Of a DNA stretch of 64,000 bases, positions 51,806-64,000 are shown piece by piece (within the stretch, counting starts at the first letter, position 1; each line of letters opens with the position of its first letter). Below the pieces are notes generated by a model that did not search any database, was not told where the DNA came from, and worked only from the letters and a program-made list of their open reading frames with translations. The stretch is from Camelus ferus. Lineage: Eukaryota. The position numbers were made by a program, and so were the translations under genes. The stretch lies in assembly GCF_009834535.1 (NCBI RefSeq), contig NC_045697.1:101372001-101436000 (forward strand), given 5' to 3'.

Positions 51806-53190
51806 TGGGGGGGTAGTTAGAATGAGGATGCCAGTGATGTGGAGGCTGCGGATGAGACCTCCCGCAGGAGTACCTTCCAGCAGTGCATGCCTCCTCATTT
51901 CTTCTTGACAACTAAGCTCTACTTCAGTGATTGGCTCAATGTCTCACCCACATCTTCCTACAGAAGAACTCCCCAGTACTTTTGCTCACTGTACTGCATC
52001 CCTAGAGGTAAAGAATAGCCTTCTTTTTGCCTTCCTTCTCAGCTATAATCGTTTTCAGAGCCACAGTCCCTACCAATGCAGTTTGGACCCTGAGAAATGG
52101 GCTCTGCAACTTACCCACCTATTGACTGTCCTAAACCAAACCAGCCACCATCAGCCTGTTCTCCCAAACACCGATTCCACACCCAGATCTTCTCATACTG
52201 CCTCACGCTGCCTTCCAGCTGTTCATCAGCCCACCTCCAACAACCCAAGCACCCAAGTGTGGCTGACAGAAACCCAAAATAAACTTCAAGTAGCACTGAC
52301 CAAGAGAGAATCCTTTCAAGTTAACTTCATTTTTTTAAGTTCTAAAGTAAATAATCCTACAATGTCTCATATTTAATCCCACTGATTATATTTGTGTATA
52401 TGTGATATGTTTTAGAAATAGATTTTATAAATTTTTTAAAGAAAATTTCCCTCCAATTGTCAAAACAACACATACCAATTAGAGTACTTGTTTGGTAGGG
52501 GACAGAAAAATACTAATAGTCACTCATTTCTCACTTACTATTTTATCATAAACATTTTCACCTGACATTAAAAATTCCTTGAAAATGTTTTCAAATGCTG
52601 CATGATTTTCCATTATATAAAAGTATGATTATTGATTTAATCATCCCCAAGGGCTTTTTCTTTTAGTATAAGGAAACCGCTTTTAGGTAAACAGAGACAG
52701 TGCTTAAGAAATGAAAAGCATTACCATGGGCTCGGAGAAGGTAACAGATTCTTTGACCATATTCTCACTGACATTAGAGTGGCAGACGTCCTGAGATGTC
52801 ACAGATGCAAAAATCACTCCACATCTAAGCAGATGAGCCTTTCCAAGTCACAGAGCACAAGAGAACAAGGGTACCCTCCATACCACTGGTAAAGTGTTGA
52901 TGTGACAACACCACCAAATCAACTCAAACACTGCTCTGACTTTGAAAATGAAGTGCCCAAGATGTTTTTAGAAACACAAGATTAAAATCTGCCAAAGGTA
53001 ATCTCAGAATGAATTGGGCCACGCAAGCTTTCTCTATACCCAATTTTCACTCTCATGTCCTCATGACCAGATGGATATCTGTGACCACACCCAGGAGTCA
53101 GAATGTCCAACTTCTTTTCTGGCAAAATACGATCTTCTAAATTTTTGAGTGTCCCAAGATGTCACATGAAATAAAAAACACATGACAATA

Positions 53191-53306
53191 GGGGAGGGTC
53201 TAGCTCAGTGGTGGAGCACATGCTTAGCATGCACAAGGTTCTAGGTTCAATCCCCAGTACCCCCATTAAATACATAAATAAACAAACAAACCAAAAAAAA
53301 AAAAAA
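53191..53306 (+). mobile_element. tRNA-derived SINE (Vic-1-like, short-tail variant)
   Basis: 'ggggagggtctagctcagtggtggagcacatgcttagcatgcacaaggttctaggttcaatccccagtacc' plus an A-rich tail. Confidence 0.9.
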
Positions 53307-54697
53307 GAGTAAATGACAAAAATGCTACAGAACCTGAAATGGGCCAATACTACATACATTCATTTGTTTAAACCCAAAGATTAAAAAACATAGAAACACC
53401 CACAGAGAGTGTTTTATTTCCAGTAACTGCCCATGCATGAAAAACGGAGCTCCCCCAAAGAAAGTAAGTTACCCTTTGCAACACAGAAGAATTAATCAAG
53501 AACAAATCTGCCCAAATGTCTACCAACTCTTGCATTACTAGGAAGACAAGGACTGACTTCACATTCTTGTATCCTCAGCACCAGCCCACTGTCTGGATCA
53601 GCGTGTAGCCACAACAAAAATTCAGTAAATGTGAAACTGAACAAGGAAGCAGAACTGTGAGCAGGGCACTACTTCAGTGTAACCACCAATAGGACAAAAA
53701 GCATTAAGGACAAAACAAAGTAGAGGACGGATTTGTCGCAGCAGCTAAGGGTCAGACCCTGCAAGTAAGAAAACGTATCTCTAAGGATTTCCTCAGAGGC
53801 CTCAAAGCCCTAGCATGACAGTAATCCTAAGCACTCCAATTAACTGTGCATAGAAAAGCGTGATTCTAAACGTCAAACTGAAAAGGCAAAATAAATAAAT
53901 AAGGTGCAGTGCTAAGCACAGTGTATTTGTTACCAAGATTAACAAAACATTTCAGCAAGGTTGCTGAAAACAAAATCAATGTACAAAAATCAATTGCATT
54001 TCTAAACACTATCATCAAGGAGCTATAAAATGTAATAAAGATAACATTTAAAAAACACAAAGTAGTTAGGAATAAATTTAAGAAAATATATACAATACCT
54101 ACACGGAAAAAACAAAGCTTTATTCAAAAAATGAAAGAAAACTAAATGGAAAAGAAATTAAAGACTACATGGAAAATTCATATGACTATATCAATAGGTA
54201 CAAAAAAAGTATTTCTTAAGTTCAACAATATAGGATAAAAAGCAAAGAAATAAAAATAATAAAACATTTCTTAAATTTGATAATAAGCTTAATGGCCAAA
54301 CACTACAGAAAATATCCTACTTTACAGAGAAATTTTTGACATGGTCTTTAAATTCAGAAATAAGATTAAGATAACTGCTACCATTGTTATTTAATATAAG
54401 AATGAGGTATAAGGATTGGAAAGGAAGAAGCAAAACTACCCTATGTGTAAGGAAGATGATCATCTACATGGCAAATCACAAGTATCAGCACGAAAGCTCT
54501 CAATATAGTTTAGCAAGGTTTCCAAATACAGACGAACTGACAAAATCCAGAAATGTTTCTAAACCACTAGTAATCAGCTAGAAAATTTCATTAAAAAAAA
54601 AAATCATTCATTACAGTGCACAAAAAAAAGTACTAAGAAATTAACTTGGCAAAAGTTATACAAAAGCTTCAGAGAGTAAAACTTTAAAATTTTCATA

Positions 54698-55194
54698 TGC
54701 GGACCAAAAAAAAAGTTTCCGCTGTTTCAAGTTAACAAAAAATGTTGCCTGCCATTCCCATAAACAATGAATGTTGCCCACCCTTGAGCCTTCAAGCCAT
54801 CAGCCACTGCAGCTGCCCCAAATGTATACCCTGAGGGGAATTCAGGATGGAGAAAGACACAGTATTAGCCCTAGATAATTAACACACATATCAAAAGAAT
54901 AATTTCAATGACCCCAGACTCATGCATCTTCCTATACATGGAAAAGCACTAAAATCATTAACTTGAGATTTCAGAGGTTTGTTTTGTGATTAGCAGTAAT
55001 CTTTTGATGTTTGGCTTTTTTTTTTTTTTTTCTTTTTTCAGCAAAACCTTTTATATAGCCTGGCTCCTCCCTTACCCCTTTAGAATAGTCCCCAGAGCTA
55101 TCTGAGAGGATGCCAACCTGGATTGTAGTCCTCAAAAACACCACCGAATAAAACATAACTCTCAGCTTTAAGTTGTGCATTTCTTCAGTAAACA
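54698..55194 (+). mobile_element. ERV1-class solo LTR
   Basis: TG...CA termini, AATAAA in 'cgaataaaacataactc', TATA-like 'ttttatatag', 4-bp TSD cata/ccta (one mismatch). Confidence 0.8.
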
Positions 55195-55920
55195 CCTAAA
55201 AGAGAAAACCTTAAACTTCCCTAAAACTGAAACTCAGTAGAAAAAGAATGAACTTTTCCATATAAAGGGCTGAAACAAAATGGGGAAAAAAATAATGTAA
55301 CATTAAATCTGTACTGGTATTATACACAAAAAATTCTGTGTATTTAAGAACTAAATATGAAAGAGCAAACAATAAAATTTTAAGAAGGTAAGAGAGTGTA
55401 TCTTTAATACCCTTGGGCAAGGAATGATTTCTTAAACATATAAAGCCCAAGTCATAAAGGAAAATATTGATATGCTAGATTACTTTAAAATTAAGAACTT
55501 CTGTTCATTGAAAGATACCATAAAAAGAAAGTGAGAATTCAAGTCACACACTGGGAGATAAAATTTATAATATTAAATGTTAGCATGAAAATACACAAAG
55601 CACATACGCAAATCAATCAGAAATGACAAACAATCTAATAAGAAAAATGGCAGCACTTAGCAAAAGCGGCAAAAAAAAACCCATAAAAATTTAGAGAATG
55701 TAATTTGGAAAACAATTTGGCATTAGATACTAGGGTATAAGTATGTGCATACACTGTAAGCTAAGAATTCAACTCTCGGTTTTATATATATATGTACACC
55801 TTAAGTACAGATAGGTAGATAGATAAATAGAAATGTATATACACACATATGTACCTTAAAGAATATTTCACAAGAATATTCATTTAGAATTCTTTGTAAT
55901 GACAAAATATAATCCAAGAG

Positions 55921-56460
55921 TGTTGCAGAAAAACATGTTACAGCTCAGTTGTGACAGCAACCTGGATCCAGGCAAGAGACCAAGTAGGAATCAGAGGGTT
56001 GGAGAACTCAGGTTTATTACGCCAGTGGGCCAAGACGAGTTAACACTTCAAGCTCTGGACCCCATCTGTAGGTTTACACAGGCCTTTTATAGGCTGCCAG
56101 TTTGACACTTTGCAACATCATATGCAAATAAAGTACAACAGAAGTTGACCAACCAGGAACAAGCTTTATAGAATTAGCCCAATCAGGAGTGCGCTCCATG
56201 CAAATGAAGTACTACAAATGGACCAATCAGAAGTTAGAGAAGTGGACCAATCAGAAGTGAGAGTAATAACCAATCAGGAGTAAAGGATAGCCAATCAGAA
56301 GTTAGCTCAGGGAACCAATAGAATTCTAGGTGTAAGTTAGCTGCTTTAGAGGCAAAGAGCAAGATAGAGCCTCTGGGCCAGGGAACCGGACGGTGCTAGA
56401 AGGAGAGCAGCGGCCCTGCCTAGGGGTCCTGCCCGTCTTTTTATGGGGCTTCCTGCCTCA
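55921..56460 (-). mobile_element. ERV solo LTR with CCAAT array, octamers, TATA and poly(A) signal
   Basis: TG...CA termini, TSD agag/aggg; minus-strand TATAAAA 56091-56085 and AATAAA 56018-56013; CCAAT x6; ATGCAAAT x2. Confidence 0.85.
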
Positions 56461-56984
56461 AGGGTAAAATGGATTAAATGAATGACTTGTGCTGTATTCA
56501 TTCTGTGGAACACTATGTAGCATTGAAAATGAATAAACTATAATTGCGTGCAAAACCATGGGTGAAGGTCAAGATGTAATGTGGTGTTGATTTCAGTAAG
56601 AAAGCAAGTTACATGAGTTCATTTACGTAACTTCAAATGCATGAAAAACCGAACCAGATAGGTTTAGGGATAGAAACACATGTGATAAAACTATGATGAA
56701 AAAACAGAGGAATTACACCACAAAATCCAGGGTGAGAGGTGATTACCTCTTAGGAAGAGTAGATAGGGATGACAATGGAACAAGCACCCAGGAGCCTCAA
56801 AGACAACAGTTCTCTTAACTTGAGTGGTATGTATGCAAAACTGCTGTATTTTCATTCTGTATAATATTATGCATACTTTATAGGGGGTTTTCTTGTGCAA
56901 TAGGTAACAAAATAAAATGTAAAAGAGAATGCTGTCTAAAGTTCCTCTTAAAGTCCTTGGACTGATAATCTGCCCTTTTAAAAC

Positions 56985-57120
56985 CTATTTTCTCAGTTTG
57001 AAGAACAAGTTTTAACAATATCTACCTCACAGGGATGTGCGAAAATACAACAGATCTTAGAATAGCATCTGGTATATAGTAAGTGCTTAATAACTGCTAA
57101 TTTTCATTATTATTATCATC
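56985..57120 (+). mobile_element. MIR 3' fragment
   Basis: 'atctacctcacagggatgtgcga...cttagaatagcatctggtatatagtaagtgcttaataactg'. Confidence 0.7.
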
Positions 57121-57659
57121 AGTATCATATTTACTAATACCAATGCAATTATTAATGTGGCCAAACCAATCTATGGCCTCTGCTTACCCAATGTTTTAAT
57201 CCCTTCTACAACCAAAAAATAAATAAACTCTGTTGATAAATTATGCTTTTATTCAACTACTTTTTTTGTCTTATATATGCTGTTCTTCTCACTACAAATC
57301 TTCTTTCTAAAACTTTCATAATTGCTGCCTCTATTCAATATGTTTCATATGCTTTCACCTAAATTTAGGTCATTATTTTTAATTTAAGAATGTTATCTAA
57401 TATGAGGGAGACATACAATACCTCCACATTCATTCCATTTTTATATCCATTCCTCCCAAAGAAAGGCCCTTCATCTTTGAATCTGATTTCAATATTCATG
57501 CACAATGGAAGTGAGCATCTCGAAGATGAGGGTCACATCTCATCATTGTTCCATCCCCAACACCACGCTCTATGTGACAGGCACATTTATATGAGCTCAA
57601 AAAATGTTTGAAGCATGAAGGATGGATTTTCAAATGAATGAACTAAGGAGGACACAGAC

Positions 57660-59880
57660 ACGGAGGATTCTTGTGTAAGTTAAAGGGCATGGCAGATACG
57701 TTTGTCTCTCTCATTTGTTGCAAGACAACAGTGCCATTAAAGTGACAAAAATCAACACCACGGGGAATAAATCTATATAAGGAATCAGGGGTTCAGCAGT
57801 CAAAAGATTTCAGCAAAATCCTGAGAGGTGGAAAGTAGCCAAGAGATGTGCTATGAATGAAACAGAATGGAAAAATCCACAGCCAGGGAATGAGAACACT
57901 GAACATGCCCTGTGCTAGAAGGCAGCGAGGCATGGAGGGTAGCAAAAAGGATGCTGAACACGGAAGGTCAGTGAAAGTCTAACCAAGGAGACTCTATCCC
58001 TGCCACAGCAGAGAGGCAGAGTTTCCAGCAGCTTAACATTTACAGCCAGGGGGAAAAACATCTAATAGAGTTCTTGCTAAAGATTTGAATAATTGTTGCA
58101 GAAACTAGACTTCTGCTACTGAAGCTGGCACTTACCTACTCTGGCATTTAGGAGTTCTTGACCTAAGAGGAAGCTTTCTTTTCATTCACTCTAGAACTCA
58201 GACTGTCAGTTGACAAGATTCATCCATGTACAGGGAGTTTCCAATCAGACTCTATTCAGGGGAGACCAATGTGAAGGAAAAACAGTTTCCACAGATGCAA
58301 ATCATGATTACCAAGAGAAAAATTGGGAGATAAAGTCAAGGAGCTTTCCCAGAGCAGAGTAAAATAAGATCTCCAAAAAAGGGTGGGGGCCGGGTAGGGG
58401 AGATCTACATCTAAGTGACCAAAGTTCTAGAGGGTGAAGACAAAAAAAGATACATGTTTTCACATGAGAAGGAATCACCAAATTTCAAAGTCCAAGAAAT
58501 AATAAAAGAAAAAAAAATCTAGACATACTTTCATGATATTTTATACCCCCTAATACAAAGAGCATATCCTAAATGTTCCCAAAGTGGAAAAATAAAAATT
58601 CACTAAAAAAAAAAGTGCGTGACAATAAATATGCCATTATCATCATTAAATTCTAGTGTTCTCAGAGTTTAAGGGAAATTTTTTTTGAGCATAGATAATC
58701 TATTTTCAAAAGTGAGGTTAAATAAATATATCTTCAGATAGTCACAAATTCAGAACATTTATCTCACATCTGCCTTTCAGAGGAAATCTCTTGAGGATGC
58801 CTCACTGAAACAAGCATGGAAGTCAAGAAAGAGAAAGGTGTAAGAAATAAAAACAACAGAAGAGCAGAGCACAATGAAAGGAAATTTGGACATAACACTA
58901 GGCAGCAAGCCTAGAAAGCAACTGATTGCAGTTAGGACAGGAAGCCACTGGGCCATCACTAGAAAATCTCAAAGAAGAAAAATGAAATAAACTCAATCAA
59001 TATAAAAATCAGCCAGAAGAGATTAGTGATGTTGTGTAAAGGTTGTTTATGGTTATCAAAGGGAGGGAAGAAGGAGAGGGAGGGACAGAAACATCAGAAA
59101 AGACAGAGAACTCTACAAGAAAGCAATTTCTACATATATAATGCAAACCCAAATGTGGCATGATTTTGAGCAGTTAGCAGGGCGTGAGATCACACAGAAC
59201 TCACTTAACTTGATGCTAGATTGATTCAAGAGGCTTGAGGGCTGGGTAACCGGGCCCATGACGAAGGAAAAGAATTTTACTCATCATCTCTAGAAATTAC
59301 TTAGATTCTTAAAGCATGAGGGAACTGATTACAGTTTCAGAATAGACTGTAAATACTATCTACCTTGATGACATACAAGGAAAGTTACAGCCAACAGGTT
59401 GAAAGACAGAGTTGGAAAGAAGTGTAGCGGAGGAGGAGGTATTAATATCCCCCTGGACATCATGAGGAATGAAGAGACCTTGTCTACAGACTAGGGAACA
59501 AAAGTAGAAATTAAAATGTATTATCAAAACTTACACAGAGACACAATTGAAGAGCTTTTCCAAAATATATATTCAAAATTGAAAAGGGAAGAAAATTGTA
59601 TAAATGAGATCAACAACCAGATTCCATAGTGAAAAGAAGAAGTAGTGAGAAGTGAGAAATTGATAAATCAATTAGTATTTAAGTATATTATTTAAAGTTA
59701 TAGTATTAATCAATGGAAGAACCAAAATCAGAAGTGGTTTAAATGGTTGAAGTGTTTGTGTCTGAACAATGGGATGGAGACAGTGAGAAACGGGCTGGTT
59801 CTTTTCTTGATAAACCCTTTGGTACCACTGGACTTTACCCACATACACATAATACATGGGTAGTTTTTTTTTTTTAAGAG
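57660..59880 (+). mobile_element. Very old L1/HAL1-like 5' and ORF1-like remnants
   Basis: A-rich with ORF1-like remnants ('agataaagtcaaggagctttcccagagcagag', 'aggaaatctcttgaggatgcctcactgaaaca'). Confidence 0.5.
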
Positions 59881-61749
59881 TGAATTTTTCACAAAACCAC
59901 TAAATTCAAAGATTGGAATTAATCCCATTGAAGTATCACACAACATAAAGGAAATTTCACCTTCAACCTCTATTAAATGTTTTACAACTATAATTGTCTA
60001 AAATGTTACTTTAAAAAAAATCTCTTAATTCTCTTTTCCTTAAATACATATATTTCAGGAATACTGTCTATGCAATACTCTCTGAATCTCACGAATCCCA
60101 ATATATTTTAAATAGTTGTGTGCATCTTTTACTGATCTTAAATAATACATATAAAAAGATATACGTTTTGTGGAAAAACTGGACAATTCTGAAAAGATAT
60201 ATAGAACACACCATCATAATTCACTCTTCGGAAGCAACTGCTTTTGAAAACAGTGGTAATCGCCTTCATTGTTTACTGTAACTAAAACCATAGCACAACT
60301 AACATTGCATTCTACTTACAAAAAATAATATAAAATTTTTCCATGCTATTAGGACTATTCAAATATAATTTTTAAAATCAATGTTGAGAGATTATAAAAA
60401 CAGTACATAACTAGTGTAGGAAAGTCAGAAAATAAAGAAAAGCACGGAAGAGAAAAACAACAATTCTTTATAATTCCATAATCGAGAGATATGTAGTTTT
60501 AACAATTTCATATCTCTTCCCATCTTTCCACATACAGTGTGTCTTAATAGTTGATCTATTGTGTATATAAGTTTGTTTCCTGATTTTTTTACTAAATATT
60601 GTAACAAAAGTATGCCCCTATACATCAGCTTCTTTATAAATATCTTTTATATTTATCAAATTTTAATTAATTATTGTCTTATTATCAAATACTAGTGTTC
60701 TTCCAATTTTTTAACTGTTTAAATAATGATACAATGAACACATTTGTGCATAAAATCTTTGCCTCTTTTGGGTTTTTTTCGTTGGTTAAATTTCCAGAAA
60801 TACAAACACTGGCTGTACAGAAGTATAATAAATTTAGACCATATAAAGATCATTCTGAGTACAATAACAGGAAAAGTATGTAGTTTACATAAAGGCAAGC
60901 GATTCTTTGACTTGTGCAAAATATTACTGCATAAATTAAAAACAAAAAAGAACCAGAAAGATAAGCATGAGTTGTTTTCAAGTGCTCTGAGAAGCAGTAA
61001 GACAGTATGATCCTTTTTGGGTTGAATATACATACAGCAAACTTAGAAACAGCAATCTCCTTTCTCCCAAAAGTGAGTAATAACTTATACCAAGCAAACA
61101 AACAACCCTGCTGGGTTCATTCCTTTTATGGCCAATGTATCTCTATGGAAGCAGTAGAGCAGGTGAAGATTCTGAGTCAACAATAAGGTACCACTGCTTA
61201 TTTTCAAGGCTGTTGAAAGGGTTTCTTTAACAAATCATGCTTCCTCTCTGACGCTGATTCTCACATGGCATAAAGTTAACGCAATGGTGTGTATATCTGA
61301 TCAAATGGAAACTGGATCACCATATACATCATGGCATCATTTTTTCAAGAGATATTAAAGAATTGAGGTTTACATGCAGATCTCTGAAAGGAAAGAAAGA
61401 GATCCAATGACTTCTAAAGATCTCTTAGTCTTTTAAGCTCAAAAGGCAAAACACTAACTAACCGTACATTAATTAGCTTATAACCCTAGAAATATCACAG
61501 TGCATTGGTAGTATGGTGCCTACTTTTGTTTCAAGGATTTGTGCTAATTACCTGAGTGTTAAATGTTAAGGGTCTCTTTTAGTATTTCCCCCTTGGTACA
61601 GTGCTTGGAACTTCTTAAATTCCCATTAAGTGACTAAAGGTGTTAGGAAGGTAGTGATAACTCAAGATGATGGAATAAAAGATAGAACATTATTCCACGC
61701 TGGAAGTAAATTACTAACAAAGTGGGTATTTGAGGGTCCCGCGTCTGCA

Positions 61750-62820
61750 GAGCAAGTCACTTAGAGAATCTGAAGGTCGTCTATATGGCTAGAGAGTGGA
61801 TCTGATGAGAAGAAATTGTTTAGAGATAAAGATGGAGAGGCTGACTAGAGACAGATCACAAAGGGCTTTGGATACTAGGCTAAAGTAGCAGAAAACCACG
61901 GAAGGCATTAAAACATGGGTGTCAGGATGAGAAAGCACACTCCAGCTGGGGGCAAAGAGCAATCGGTAATCGAGAGAAGACATGATACGGCCAGAGTTAA
62001 GACAGTAGAACTGGGATGGTGTTATGGGCTGAACTGTGTTCCCCCCAGGTTCAGATGTCGAAGCCCTAATGCCCTGTACCTCAGAATGTGTCTGCAGGTG
62101 GAGACAGAGCCTTTCAAGAGGTGATTAAGTTAAAATGGGGCTGTTAGCGTAGGTCCCAATTCAACTTCACTGGTGTTCTTATAAGAAGAGGAAATACGGA
62201 CACCCAGAGAGACACCAAGGATGAGTGCGCACAGAGAACAGATGGTGTGAAGACAGTGAGAGGGCAGCCATCTGCAAGCCAAGGGGAGAGCCCTCGGCTC
62301 TGACACACCTTGATATTGGACTTCAAGCCTCCAGAGCTGTGAGAAAATGAAGCTGTTTTTTAGGCCAGTCTGTGGCATTTTGTTAAGTCAGTCGTAGCAA
62401 ACTAACGCAGATGCCTTTCTAATAACTAATCCAGTGGGCCTGAGAGACACTTAGAAGTCAACAGTCACAAAATCCAGTGACCGGATATGAGCTTTCATGG
62501 AGAGGCAGGAGCCAAGGTGACTCCAGAGGGTGGAGCGTTTTCTGAAGTAGGGGCTCCAGGAGAAGCAGGAGGGACTAAACATAACGGATTCAGTTGAGCA
62601 CACATTGCATTTTTGTAATTACGAAACATCCAAGCAGAAAATCTAACTATGAAGTAGACAGTGAGATAACTACATGGATCTGGAACTCAGGACAGAGAGC
62701 TTGGCTGGAGAAATGGGCCGAGGTTCCTCGACATGTAGCTGAATGAAGACCCTGTTGGTGAGCAAGAGAATGATTGCTTGAACTCAGTGACATGTGGACA
62801 TGAGGACAGAGAAATGAAAC
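61750..62820 (-). mobile_element. L2 fragment split by an MLT1B-like LTR
   Basis: 'agacagatcacaaagggctttggatactaggctaaag' before the LTR; 'ggagccaaggtgactccagag...catggatctggaactcaggacagagagcttggctggaga' after it. Confidence 0.7.
62020..62409 (+). mobile_element. MLT1B-like MaLR solo LTR
   Basis: 'tgttatgggctgaactgtgttccccc'...'gcaaactaacgca'; 5-bp TSD gatgg (62015-62019) / gatgc (62410-62414). Confidence 0.9.
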
Positions 62821-63327
62821 AATCACAGAGGGGTCCATCTTCCCCTTGCAAAGGTCCCTAAGGCTTTGGCTTTTAGGTATCGAGGCAGACACCTGAATGC
62901 CCATTCAGAAGACACTTCCCTTTGCGGGCTTTCTTTAATAGGAGCCTACTCTGGTTCAGGTTCTGGGCAATAACGTGCCAAGGCCCAGAGATGGAAGTCA
63001 TAGTTCCTTTTGCCAGAAAATGTTTACAAAGCACTTGAACTATTCATTTCCAATGGAAATATATCTGAAAAGATTTTCTTCTTGATAAAAAGAGGGAAAA
63101 ATATGTGCAAAGCAATGTTTGCCTCTTTCTTCTTGAATTTGAGGACTGGTGAGAAGATGTCATGCTTAGTATTATGGCAGCCACGTTGTAAGAATGAGGG
63201 ATGGTTAAGAGAACTGAAAGGAAGCCTTCCCAGAGGTCTGGACATGTGGGGTTGCTATGCCTCCTGGAGTCATCTACTTCTTCACTTGTTATGGTAGAAG
63301 AAACATAATCCCAAACTATTTATTCCA

Positions 63328-63680
63328 CTTTTTCTTATTGAAGTATAGTTGATTTATAATGTTGTGTTAATTTCTGGTATACAGCATAGTGATTCAGCTA
63401 TATATATATATATATATATATATTCCTTTTCATATTCTTTTTCATTATAGGCTATTGCAAGGTATTGAATAGAATTCCCTGTGCTATACAGTAGGACCTT
63501 GCTGTTTATCTGTCTCATATATAGTAGTTAGTATCTACAAATCCCAAACTCCCAATTTATATTTATCCCTCCCCATCCCCTCTCCCCGCAAGTAACCATA
63601 AGTTTGTTTACTAAGTCTGTGAGCCTGTCTCTGTTTTGGAAATAAGTTCATTTGTGTACTTTTTAAAAAAATTCCACTTT
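63328..63680 (-). mobile_element. Younger lineage-type L1 3' end containing (TA)n at about 63399-63422
   Basis: 'ttattgaagtatagttgatttataatgttgtgttaatttctggtatacagcatagtgattcag'. Confidence 0.85.
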
Positions 63681-63786
63681 CAGTTGAGAATCCTGTTTTG
63701 TGCACCTGAAAACATACCAACAGGTACCAGAATTTTCCTCAAATAACTCACCTACTAAATGTCATGGAAGGTACCTATTCCTCAGT

Positions 63787-64000
63787 TCTATTGAGATATA
63801 ATTTACATATAACATTGTATATGTTTAACGTATAGAATGTAATGACCTGATACAAATATATATTGCACAATAAAGTTAGTTAAACCTCCATCACTGTATA
63901 TAATTATCTTTTTTCGGTGATAACATTTAAGATCTCTCTTAGCAACTTCCAAGTATATAATACAGTATTAACTAGAGTCACCATGCTGTACGTTACATTC
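63787..64000 (-). mobile_element. L1MA-type 3' end (runs off the window)
   Basis: 'tattgagatataatttacatataac...aacatttaagatctctcttagcaacttccaagtatataatacagtattaactagagtcaccatgctgtac'. Confidence 0.8.

Larger units (their letters stand above)
53920..56925 (+). mobile_element. Decayed L1 ORF2 and 3' UTR (L1M/L1ME-type), split by two solo LTRs
   Basis: 'catttcagcaaggttgctgaaaacaaaatcaatgtacaaaaatcaattgcatttcta', 'aaaattaagaacttctgttcattgaaagataccataaaaaga'. Confidence 0.8.

Noticed and set aside
51927..52376. 149-aa + strand ORF
   Set aside because: Non-ATG start, low-information Ser/Thr/His/Pro composition, no homology recognised
54698..55194. Possible interferon-responsive (GAS-bearing, MER41-like) LTR enhancer
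   Set aside because: I found no canonical TTCNNNGAA motif in the LTR, only a TTCCCATAA variant
56170..56325. Regularly spaced CCAATCAG repeats resembling a repeat-spacer (CRISPR-like) array
   Set aside because: Units are only about 21-24 bp with an 8-11 bp shared core, sit inside an LTR U3 in mammalian DNA, and have no cas genes nearby

Overview
This is AT-rich mammalian non-coding DNA, most likely from a camelid (alpaca, llama or camel), because it carries three tRNA-derived SINEs resembling the camelid Vic-1 family and repeated lineage-type L1 3' ends. Most of the window is interspersed repeats: decayed L1, L2, CR1/L3 and MIR, MaLR/ERVL/ERV1 solo LTRs, and hAT/Tigger DNA transposons, often nested. 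No ORF in the supplied track matches a protein I recognise, and there is no rRNA, true tRNA, CRISPR array or CpG island. The most notable signals are: (1) an intact minus-strand solo LTR (55921-56460) with a phased CCAAT array, two octamers and a TATA box; (2) a near-consensus CTCF site at 51787; (3) a low-confidence chain of minus-strand exon-like segments in repeat-poor DNA, ending at an AATAAA near 16040. I cannot support a claim of a novel biological system. All repeat family names were assigned by eye and need RepeatMasker/Dfam confirmation.
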